Assembly: GCF_009914755.1 (NCBI RefSeq)
Contig: NC_060938.1
Length of the DNA stretch: 64,000 nt
From: the human T2T-CHM13v2.0 reference genome, Homo sapiens
Strand: one strand, 5' to 3'
Below the pieces are notes generated by a model. The model searched no databases, was not told the DNA's origin, and saw only the letters and a program-made list of their open reading frames with translations. Below are positions 26,910 to 38,578 of the stretch, piece by piece. Position 1 is the first letter of the stretch; each line of letters begins with the position of its first letter. A program made the position numbers and the translations under genes.

Positions 26910-29587
26910 TTAATTTTTGCATATGGTGACAGGGTAGGAGTCCATTTCCATTCTTCAGCATCTGTCACACCGTTTATTGAACAGGGAGTTCTTTTCCCAT
27001 TGCTTATTTTTATCAAATTTGTGGAAGACTAGATGTCTGTAGGTGCATGGCTTTATTTTTGGATTCTCTATTCTAGTGTTCTATTTTTCTGTTTAGTACC
27101 ACTACCATGCTGTCTGGTTACTGTAGCCTTGTAGTATAGTTTGATATTGGGTAATATTATACCTCTGGGTTTGTTCTTTTTTCTTAGGATTGCTTTGGCT
27201 ATTTATATTTTTGGCTCTATATGAATTTTAGAAGAAATTTTTTTTTCTAATTCTGTACAAAATGACATTGGTAGTTTGATAGGACTAGCATTGAATTTGT
27301 AGATTGCTTTGGACAGTATGGCCATTTTAATGATACTTTTTCTTCCAATCCATGAGTATAAAATGTTTTCCATTTGTTTGTGTCATCTATGGAACACTCT
27401 TTCAGCAGTGTTTTGTAGTTGTTCTTGCAGAGATTTTCACCTTCTTGATTAAATGTATTCCTAGGTATTTCATTATTTTTGTGACTACTGTAAATTAAGT
27501 TGCATTTTTTATTTGACTCCCAGCTTGAACATTATTTTTATATATAAATGATACTGATTCTTCTCCGTTTATTTTGTATCCTGAAACTTTACTAAAATTT
27601 ATTAGATCACAAAGCCATTTAGTAGAGTTTTTAGGGTTTACTAGGCATAGAATCATATCATCAGTGAAGAGAGATAATTTCACCTCTTCTTTTGCTACTT
27701 GGATGCCTTTTATTTCTTTCTCTTGTCTGATTGCTCTGGCTAGGACTCTGAGTACAATGTTGAGCAGGATAGTTGATAGTGGGCATCCTTGCATTATTCC
27801 TGTTCTTAAGGGGAATGCTTCTAGCTTTTGCCTATTCAGTATGATGTGAACTGTGGGTTTGCATAGATGGCTCTTTTCATTTTGAGGTGTGTTCTCTTGA
27901 TACCTAGTTTGTTGAGGATTCTATTATCATGAAAGAATGTTGGGTTTTGTTGATTGCTTTTTCTGCATCTATTGAGATGAACATATGGTTTGTAGTTTAG
28001 ATTTGGTTTATTTGGTAAATCACATTTACTGATTTGCATATGTTGAACCAACCTGTCATCCCAGAAATGAATTCTAGTTGATCTTGGTGAATTAACTTTT
28101 TGATGTGCTTCTGGTCTTGGTTTGCTAGTATATTGTTGAGGATTTTTTAATCTATGTTCATCAGACATATTGTGCTGTGGTTTTCTTTTGTGTTGTTGTC
28201 TCTTTAGGAGGTTTTGGTGGCAGAGTGATGCTATCATTATAGAATGAGTTAGGAAGGAGTCCTTTCTCGTCAATTTCTTTTGGAAAAGTTTCAGTAAAAT
28301 TGGTACCAGCTCTTCTTTGTTTGTCTGATAGAATTTGGCCGTGAATCCACCTAGTCTCTTTGTTAGTGTGGTTTTGTTTTTGTTTTTTGGTTTGTAGGGT
28401 TTTTCAAAATCATGATTCAATTTCAGAATTCGATAATGACCTGGTCAGGCTTTCCATTTCTACCTGATTCAATCTTGGAAGGTGGTGTGTTTCCAAGAAT
28501 TTATCCATTTCCTCTAGATTTTCTAGTTTGTTTGCATAGAGATGTTCATAATCGTCTCTGAGGATCTTTTGTATTTCTGTGGGATTTGTTGCAATGTTAC
28601 TTTTGTGGTTTCTGATTATTCTTTACATCTTCTCTTCTTTTTTCTTTGTTAATCTAGCTAGTGGTCTATCAATCTTGCTGGTCTATCAAATAACCAACTT
28701 CTGGTTTTGTTGATGATTTGTTTTCATTTTGGGGTTGCAATTTTGTTCAGTTCAGCTCTGATTTTAGTCATATCTTTTCTTCTGCCAGCTTTGAGGTTAG
28801 TTTGTTCTTATTTTTCTAATTACTCTGGATGTAATATTAGATCAATAATTTGAGATTTAAAAAAACTTGTTAAGGTAGGTGTTTAACAGTATAAAATTTC
28901 CTCCTACTATTGATTTTGCTGCATCTCAGCGATCTTGGCATATTTTGTCTCTGTTTTCATTCATTTCAAATAATTTTCTATTTCTTTCTTAATTTTGTTG
29001 TTTACCCAGAAGTTATTCAGGAGCAAGTTGTTTAGTTTTTATGTGATTGCATTGTTTTGAGAGATCTTCTTGGCTTTGATTTCCATTTGTATTCCACTGT
29101 GATCTGAGAGAGTAGTTGGTATGATTTCATTGTTTTAAATTTACTGATACTTGCTATATGGCCGAGTATATGGTTGATCTTACAGTATTTTCTGTGTGCA
29201 AATGAGAAGACTGCATATTCTGAGGTTGGTAGATGGAGTATTCTGTAAGATGCCTATTAGGAAAAATTGGTCAAGTGTTTAGGTCCAGAATTTCCTTTTT
29301 TTTTAAAAAAAAATTCTGCTTCAAAAGTCTATATGAAGCTGTACATGGGGTGGTGACGTATCTCACTATTATAGTGTGGCTGTCTGTTTCTTTTCATATA
29401 TCTAGAAATACTTGTTTTATGAATCTGAGTGCTCAAATGTTGGCTGCCTGTATATTTAGGATTTAGGATAGTTAGGTTTTCCTGTTGAATTAAACCCGTT
29501 ATCATTATGTATTGCCATTTTGTGTCCTTTTTTACTGTTGGTTTAACATCTGTTTTATCTGATATACAAATAGTGACCCCGGCTTTC

Positions 29588-29620
<33 letters not shown>

Positions 29621-32600
29621 TTTTGAGTGTGTGTGTGTGAGATAGATCTTTCTCCATTGATTTAATTTGAGCCTATGGATGTTACTAAATGTGAGATGGG
29701 TCTATTTAAGACAGCAGACAAATGATGTTGCATTTTATACAGCTTGTCACTCTGCCTTTTTAAACAGGGTGTTTAGACCATTTACATTCAAGATTAATAT
29801 TAATGTGTGAGGTTTTGATCCTATTTTGCAGCTTTGAGCTGGTTGCTTTGTAGTTTCTATTGTCTGGTTGCTTTAAAGGGTCTACAGGCTATGTACTTAC
29901 ATATGTTTCTGTGGTTGCAGGTATTGTTCTTTTGTTTCCATGTTTTAGACTCACTTAAATATCTCTTGTAAGGCTGATCTACTGGTAATAAATTTTCTTA
30001 GTGCTTTCTTGTCTGGAAAAGATTTTATTTATTGTTCACTTATGAATCTTAGTTTGGCAGAATATGAAATTCGTGGTTGGAATTTATTGCTTTGAGAATG
30101 CTGAAAATCTGCTCCCAATCTCTCCTGGCTTCTTAGGTTTCCACAAGAAAGTATGATGTTAGCCTGGCAGAGTTTTCTTATATGTGATCTTACTGTTTTC
30201 TCTAGCTGTCTTTAAGATCTTTCCTTTAGTGTTGCCCTTGAACAGTCTGAGAACTATATGCCTCAGTGATATTCATTTTTTTAAGTATCTCACAGTTGTT
30301 CACTGGACTGTGTTTGGATGTCTACCTCTCTAACGAGGTTAGCAACATTTTCTTGAATTATTACCTCAATTATGTTTTCCAGGTTGCTTACTTTTTCTTA
30401 TCCTCTCTCAGGATGCCTATAATTTGTAGGTTTTGGCACTTTTCATAGCCTCATATTTCTTGAAGACTTTGTACATTTTTTGCTATACTTTTTTATTTAT
30501 TTTTGTCTGACTAAGTTTGGACAACTTGTCTTCAACCTCAATTTTTTTTTTCTTCTGCTTGGTCCAGTCTACTGATAAAGCTTTCAACTGTATTTTGAAA
30601 GTCTTTAAGTGAGGTTTTTAATTCCAGAAGATTTTACCTATTTATTTTTAAGATGTTTATCTCTTCCTTCAATTCCTTAGTTGCTTCATAAATGTCTTTG
30701 TGTCAGTTGTGACCTTTGTCTTGGATCTTGTTCAACTTCCTTGCTTTGAATTCTTTATCTGTCATTTTTGAGTTTCTATTTTGGTTAGGGAAAATTGCTA
30801 GAGAGCTAGTGTGATCGTTTGGTGGTGTCACTACATTCAGATTTTTAATGGTGCCAGAATTCTTGTTCTGGTTCCTTCTCATCTGGAGATGCTGACACCT
30901 CTAATTTTTGGAATTACTTTCATGTGGGTAGTTTTTTCTTTTTTTTTCACTATAATATTGCTTTTATTTTTTCCTTTATTTCCCCTTTCTCTTCCTTTCT
31001 AGGGAATGTGACTAGAGAATGCTGGGTAGTGTCCTTTGGCTTTGCTTCTTTAACTCCATGCACTTCTGTTGGCAGGTTTTTCACTGGACTGTGCAGTTTG
31101 ACCTACAAGCCAGTAGATGGTGCTCATAGATATGTATTGGCTGCAGCCACTGTGGCTGCGTATATAATCTTTGTTACAGGCAATATGCTGATTCACAGAG
31201 TGCACAGTAGTTTGAGCTCCCTTCTCAGTCTCTAGGGGATAGGAGGCAAGATGGGAGGTACTAGAACAAGCAGAATTGCCTACAGAACATCAATGGCAGG
31301 CACAAGTACCAGCTGTAAGGGAGAATTCAGTGTGTGGCCACCAAGCACCCAGACATGTGCCTAGGCATGGAGCTTGGAAACCTCCTTGGCCTCAAATTCT
31401 CTGCACAAGGATGTGGAGCTGCCTACACCCCTAATATAAGAGAGTGAGTGCTCTAGATGCCTGCTAATCTGCCTGGGAGTGGGTTTGCGAGAACACCAGT
31501 TCACCATGGTCTCTGCATAGGTAGGGTGGGTCAGTTCAGTCTGCTGATTCAAGTGAGCAGGTGCTCTGAATACCTGGAGAAATGCCTGGCCATGGAACAG
31601 GGAGGGCTTCACTCCTCCTGGATCTTTGCACAGGAAGGGTAGGAGACTCAGTTTTCTAATCTAGGTGAGAAGCTTCTTCAAATGCCTGGATACCTGCCTG
31701 TTTGTGGAGCATGAAAGGGCCTGCTGCACCACAATCTCTGTACAGGAAGGTTGGGCAGCTCAGGCTGCCAATATGGGCATGCATCTGCTCTGAATGTTTG
31801 GAGATGGAGATATGTTTGAGCATAAGACAGGCAAGGCTTCTCTGCACCCAGTTCTCTGCACAGAAAGGGAGGCGTGACTCTGGCTGCTAATCCAAGAGGG
31901 TGTGTTCTCCAAATATCTGCAGTTATGCCTGAATGTGAAGCAGAGAGGGTCCAGCTGCAAGTTTCTGCACAGGAATGGTAGAAGACTCAGGCTTTTGAGT
32001 CAGGCAAGAAGTTGTTCTGAATGCCTAGAAGTCAGCCTAGGCATCAGCCTAGGCATGAAGCAGAGGGGGCCTTCCTGCAACCATATCTCTGCACAGCAAG
32101 GGTGGATCATCTCAGGCTGCAGGTCCAAGTGAGCAGATGCTCCAAATGCCTGGAGATAAACCCACTGCTCCATGATCTCCGTGCAGAAACAGCGGGGCAG
32201 CTCAGGCTGCCAGTCCAAGATAATAGGTTCTCCCAATGCCTGAAGATGTGTCTGTATGTAAATCAGAGAGGTGCTCCCTGCATCCACATCTCTGCACAGG
32301 AAGTGTGGGGGTGACTCAGGCTGCTAATCCAAGCAAGTGGGCCCTCCAAATGCCTGGAGATCTGCCTGGACTTGAAGCAGAGAGGGCCTGCCTGCACCAA
32401 GGTCTCTGCACAGGAAGGGTGGGGCAACTCAGACTGTTATATAGGCCAGCAGGTGCTCTGACTGCCCAGATTGCTACCTGGGCATGGAGCAGAAAGGGCC
32501 CTCTTGCACCATGATCTCAAGGGAGCAGGCTGGAGCACCCAGCATTGACACACACAGGCTGGTTCTGAGTTGCTAAGCTGGCCCTTGCTGCAAGTCTCAT

Positions 32601-33216
32601 TGCCCAAGAGAAATCACAGTGGTAGCAGTTCTCCTCTGCCCCAGGCCTGCAACAGGGGAAAGGACAATTCTAGCTCCTGCTGTTGAGGAATTTTTTACAG
32701 TTCTGGCTATGGAGGCACCTAACCAAATCCATACAGGTGCTCCAATATCTGGCCTAAGACTAAAATGTCTGCGTGGCCACGCTACTGAGTCACCAAAGAA
32801 TGACTGACTTTGTATGCGTTTGGATTAAAAATGGTGTCCTACTCTTAGTTTTGGGTCTGGAACAATGCCTGCAGCTTTTCCCAGTGTCTTTTTCTCTTTG
32901 TGTCTCCAAGCCTCTTCCCAACTTGGTTTCAGAGCTTAGGAGAAACAAACTACTCTCCCTCAGCCAGGGTTGCTCAACTACCTGATAGAAAAGTGAGTCA
33001 CAGATGGAGTCTGTGTGCCTCTCTCACATACTGGGGCTGGATGCTTTCATGCGGACTGTTTGCCTGCATTCTCCTCCCTTGGGTCTCGGATGTATTTCGG
33101 TTTTGGTGGATTCCCATTTTCCTTTTTGGATTAAAGCTCACATAGTTTGTATTTATGCACACTCTTACTATTTCCAAGTGGCTGAGTCACACTAAAAGCC
33201 TCTAATACACCGCTTT
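26906..33216 (-). mobile_element. Old primate LINE-1 (L1PB/L1P4-like) with 5' region, ORF1 and most of ORF2; 3' end missing
   Basis: RT remnant (ORF 27495..27794, QGCPLS...LFTDDMIL); EN and ORF1 remnants at 29200-30800; 5' terminus near 33190-33216; stops abruptly inside ORF2 at the OR fragment. Confidence 0.9.
31350..32520. repeat. Tandem array of about 10 diverged ~113-bp monomers in the L1 5' region
   Basis: Anchor 'tctctgcacaggaagggt..ctcaggctgct..aatgcctggaga' recurs at about 31398, 31510, 31623, 31735, 31853, 31962, 32086, 32176, 32289 and 32403. Confidence 0.9.
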
Positions 33217-33429
33217 GTTGTGGTGCGGGCGGGGGACTGTAGTTTTTATAGTTATGGAAGTCTTGACGAGTCATGGTTAGGTACTCTATAGAATGTTCTC
33301 TAATCTGGACTTCTGTGATGTTTTTGTCATAATTAGACTGCAGTCGTGGATTTGGGGAGAGAATATCCAATAGTTGAAGTGCCCTTCTTCTCACTTTATG
33401 TCATAGATTATATGATACCAACATAATGT

Positions 33430-34818
33430 TGTGTCCAGAATGGGTGGGTTCTTGGTCTCATTGACTTCAAAAATGAAGCCACCGACCCTCGCGTGAGAAG
33501 GAGTTACAGTTCTTAAAGACAGCGTGTCAGGCGTTTGTTCTTTCTGACATCTGGATGTGTTCGGAGTTTCTTCCTTCTGGTGGGTTCGTGGTCTCGCTGG
33601 ATGAGGAGTGAAGCTGCGGACCTTCACGGTGAGTGTTGCAGCTCTTAAGGTGGCACATCTGGAGCTGTTCGTTCCTCCCGGTGGGTTCGTGGTCTCGCTG
33701 ACTTCAGGAGTGAAGCTGCAGGCCTTCGTGGTGAGTGTTACAGCTCATAAAGGCAGTGTGAACCGAAAGAGTGAGCAGCAACAAGATTTATTGCAAAGAG
33801 TGAAAGAACAAAGCTACCACACTGTGGAACAGTACCTAGAGAGTTGCCACTGCTGGTTCAGGCAGCCTGCTTTTATTCTCTTATCTGGCCCCACCCACAT
33901 CCTGCTGATTGGTCCATTTTACAGAGAGCCGATTGGTCTGTTTTACAGAGAGCTGATTGATCAGTTTTGACAGGGTGCTGATTGGTGCGTTTACAATCCC
34001 TGAGCTAGACACAAAAGTTCTCTACCTCCCCACTAGATTAGCCAGATACAGAGTGTCCACTGGTGTATTTACAAACCCTGAGCGAGACACAGAGTAATGA
34101 TTGGTGCATTTACAAACCTTGAGCTAGACACAGAGTGCTGATTGGTACACTCACAATCTCTTAGTTAGACACAAAGGTTCTCCAAGTACCCACTGGACTC
34201 AGGAGCCCAGCTGGCCTCACCCAGTGGATCCTGCACCGGGGCTGTAGGCAGAGCTGCCTACCAGTCCCGCAGGTGTGCCCGCACTCCTCAGCCCTTGGGC
34301 GGTTGATGGGACCAGGTGCTGTGGAGCAGGGGGCGGTGCTCGTCGGGGACGCTGGGGCCGCGCAGGAGCCGACGGCGGCCGGGGGAAGCTCAGGCATGGC
34401 GGGCTGCTGGTTCCGAGCCCCGCCCCGCGGGGAGGCAGCTAAGGCCCAGCGAGAAATCGAGCACAGCAGCTGCTGGCCCAGGTGCTAAGCCCCTCACTGC
34501 CCGGGGCCGGCGGGCTGGCCGGGCTGGCCGGGTCGGCCGGCCGCTCTGAGTGCGGGGCCGCCGAGCCCACGGCCACCCGGAACTCGCGCTGGCCCGCAAG
34601 CGCCGCGCGCAGTCCCAGTTCCCGCCCGCGCCTCTCCCGTCATACCCCCAGCAAGCCGAGGGAGCCGGCTCCGGCTTCGGCCAGCCCAGAGAAGGGCCCC
34701 CACGGTGCAGCGGGGGGCTGAAGGGCCCCCCAAGCGCGGCCAGAATGGGCGCCGAGGCCGAGGAGGCACGGAGAGCGAGGGAAGGCTGCGAGGACCGCCA
34801 GCATGCTGTCACCTCTCA
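33430..34818 (-). mobile_element. LTR12 (ERV9) solo LTR, LTR12C/D-like
   Basis: Termini 'tgtgtccagaatgggtgggttcttggtctc' and 'catgctgtcacctctca'; repeated gctgattgg units; GC/CpG-rich U3; near TSD atgt/gtgt. Confidence 0.95.
33840..34200 (-). promoter_or_regulatory. ERV9/LTR12 promoter-enhancer core: tandem CCAAT (NF-Y) boxes and AATAAA TATA-like element
   Basis: ATTGG (minus-strand CCAAT) at about 33908, 33932, 33981, 34100 and 34141; 'ttttatt' at 33871-33877. Function is inferred from the known ERV9 LTR architecture. Confidence 0.65.
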
Positions 34819-37800
34819 GTGTGACAGGTAATGTTAATCTTCATTTGCATAATACAGTGTTTGCCATGTTTCTCTGCTAAAAAATAATTACAATTCCTAG
34901 TACTGCTTATTCCTTGAAATAAAACCTAGACTACCTTCAAAAGATAAAAGGAAGGATTAAGCGCCCCTCCTAGAGGGGAAAGTATTATGTATATTATCTA
35001 AAATTCTTCTGTAAGAAATATTTCACAAGTAATATTTTTAAATCATAAAAAAATCAAAAAATTGTATTCCAACTACCTATTTATTATGAATAATACACAT
35101 ATAAAATATTTTTCATATTTATCTTGTATCTGTTTTCCAAATATAAAACAAAGCAGATAAAGTTGAATTATACTATATTTGCCTGTTTGAACTTCCCCTT
35201 TCCTACTACTTTTGAATCAACTACCAGCAGAAATTTGAAGTATATGCATTATTTTATGATATTATTCTTTTACTTTCTATAGGTAGCCACAAAAGTTAGC
35301 ATATGGTTTTTTACTCAAATTTTTATACAAATGAATTTATAGTTATTTTTCTTTAATATTCAAAGTTAATCTGAGATTCATCCATGTTGATACCAATATA
35401 TTAGTTCATTAATTTTGCCTGCTATTAGGTGTTTTTTTGGTTTGAATATCATGATGAATTTATATATTGAATTATAGATGGACTTTGGTATATTTTCCAT
35501 TTGGGGGGCCGTTCGTTACAAACATTACTCAGTGAATGACATAATTTTCTCCTTGTGCACATAGGAAATTATTTATATTGAAGTAGTTTTTCAACTGTTG
35601 CTATATATTACAATCATCTAAGAAATTTAAAGAATATGTGATTGCCAGAGTTGGAACCCAAATTCATCTCTAAGCAGCAGATCTGTATATATGTATATGT
35701 ACACTTATTTCTATATAACTCCCTAGGTGTCCAAAAAACCAGTAAGCTTTGGAAACTACTACACTTAGATATATGCCTGGAAGTGAAATTGTGTGGGTTT
35801 TCTTTTAACTTCTTTAGGCATTTCTCTTTAAAGTGGTTGTGCCATCAATATATGAGTTTTTTCAGTCTCAGATTCATAAGAATACCTGAAAGTAACTGAT
35901 TTATCTTTTCTTTAAAAGTGTACTTCATTGTTGTTTTAATATGTTCTTCTCTGATTTGCTACATGTGAGCCCATTGAATCAATATACTTTATTTTAGGTT
36001 TATAAGTATGTAAATACTCTCAATATGATCTCAACATCAGTTTTATTAGGTTTAACAGCACAAAATGGCAACACAGCACCTAGCCAAACAATATTTGTAT
36101 CAAGAGGGCTGGCAACATCCCAGGTGCATTTCCACCTGATCTCCAGTGCCTCAGGTGTATAAAATGAAGTTGAAGTGGAAAATTCCCCTACTATTCCTAG
36201 TATATATCATATACATTGCTTGGCATTTAGCCGTTCCAGGATGTCAACTTTCATCATTGCCAGCACAGAGGCAAGTTGTTTAGAGGAATTTCACAGTAAA
36301 CCATTCGGATAAGCAGGTACCAACTGAACAGTTAACATTGCACACTTATTTTAGATCTTTACATTTGGGAGAGCAGTGTTTGGGGAAGGTAAATTCAGGA
36401 ATATATCCTAGACTCTGTTAAGAGTTCATAACACCTGTTAACATTTTTACTCAAAGTAGTGATATTATACATCTTTTCCTATGTTTTTCTTTCCATTCAC
36501 TTTACTCTTCTGTAAATTACTTATTTATAGGTTTTGCCTAATTTACCACATTATCTTTCTTCATCTTATTGGTTTGTAGGAGTGCAAAAAACTTCTGAAT
36601 GCTAACTTTATTTTCAAAGTTGCAGGTATTTTTTCTCATCCTATATTCAGTATTTTAATTTTGTTATAATTTCATACTAAAAGCTAGAAAGGATTCAGGA
36701 ATATTCCTAGAAACACACATATATGTGAAATGTATAGACATACATATGTATGCACAGAAACATATACACATAGATATATGCATGTGGACATACAATTTAA
36801 ATTGATTATTCTCCTGGTTGGTGAACTAAAATATAGACTTTGTATAGAGATCCATGATAGTGGACAGGAGAAGAGCTGAAGGAGCCTAGAAACCAGACAG
36901 TAATAGCATTAGTGTCGATATTATTAACAAAATGACAGTTATTACTTAAGTCCAGCTTAGGGAATGGATTTTAAATGGTAGTTACTGAGGATAAACATTC
37001 AATATGTGCTTACTGAAAGGTTTGAAAAATTAAATTCTTTGATAGCTCATGTTTCTAATCTTTATTTAAAGGAATTGCTTTATTCCATATTTATCCCATC
37101 ATAAAATATATAAGGCAAAGGAGACCACAATGGAATGGTAAGTTTGACTTTTAAGCATCTAGAGAAGCATATGACTTATTTTTTGTGTTTAAATTGTAGA
37201 ACATATGGTTTTAAATTTTTATCATATTCTTACTTGAAAATGGGACTATATGTTTATTTTCTGAAAATTTGCATGATTTTACTGAGACATGATTGGGTAG
37301 CATTCCAGACAACCAAAAGGACCCACTTGCCAAACAATAGAAATAAATAGTATCTTTAAAACTCTGCAGTACAGTCCCTTTGCCTCAGTCATTTATCAAT
37401 GAGAAAAATTCAGTGCAGCTGTGCACATTGCCAAACATCTGAAATTTTAAAATCTTACTAGAAATGACAACACTTCTAAATATAAACTCCTTAACTTTGA
37501 AGTGAGATATATTACATCTATGTCCAGGCACACTGTAGTACTCCAGAAAGCTGCGTTTCTTCCTCATGTTTCATTGCAGCTATTTGGGGTTTGAAGTTAA
37601 TTTGTTACTCACTTTGAAAGCACTAGCATATTTAAAAGAGATTTTCAAGACATTTACCACCTGGTTTGATTTACTACATTATTTAAAGACCTGAGAAGGA
37701 ATTACCTCTCCTTAATTTTCTAATTTCCTAAATATGTCTTTCAGTTTGCTCATGCTAATAAGAGTAAGCTGCTCCAAACCACTGGGGAAGTCTGTACTTA

Positions 37801-38287
37801 TCCATTACTCAGATACATAAGATTGGAACAATTTGATATTTTAAACCATTAACTGTGGCATCTTTTGATATAGAAAATATTTTAGGCAACCTAAAGTTTC
37901 ACTAATATGATGGATAAATAACATGTAGTGTATTCATATCAAAATACTGTAAAATGATTAAAACAATGAACTTATCTCGATCTACACAGATAGAACACAG
38001 AAGTATACAGTTGAATAAAATAAAGTTGAAAAGATGTATAGAACATTATGTAAATATATGAAGCAATTATAATGATATATATAATATACAAGTATATACT
38101 AATAAGTATACAATACACTTAAATAATGTGTAATTATGGCTGTCTGTACTTGTTGGACTATGAAATTCAGATCAGGAGTGGGATTAGAAGTTGAAAGGTA
38201 TACTCTTTGTTTATATATAATGTATCTTATTTGTAAAACTCAAAAATAACTGTAAATTTGTAATATTTTTTAGAATTGTAGTAAAGA

Positions 38288-38578
<291 letters not shown>

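Larger units (their letters stand above)
33240..35020 (-). mobile_element. Old L1MC/MD-type 3'UTR fragment interrupted by the LTR12
   Basis: 'gtactctatagaatgttctctaatctggacttctgtgatgtttttgtcataattagactg' left of the LTR continues as 'gtaatgttaatctt...gtgtttgccatgtttctc' on the right. Confidence 0.6.

Noticed and set aside
27495-28420. Reverse-transcriptase-like ORFs as an active retroelement or novel RT system
   Set aside because: Frameshifted, stop-ridden L1 ORF2 remnants; the same applies to 39019-42023 and 45886-46425.
31350-32520. Regularly spaced repeats as a CRISPR-like array
   Set aside because: Whole units are homologous and diverged, there are no unique spacers or cas genes, and the array lies within a eukaryotic L1.
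34161-34831. CpG island with 70-140 aa ORFs as a gene's first exon
   Set aside because: Entirely inside the LTR12 U3; the peptides are low-complexity Arg/Pro/Ala/Gly translations.
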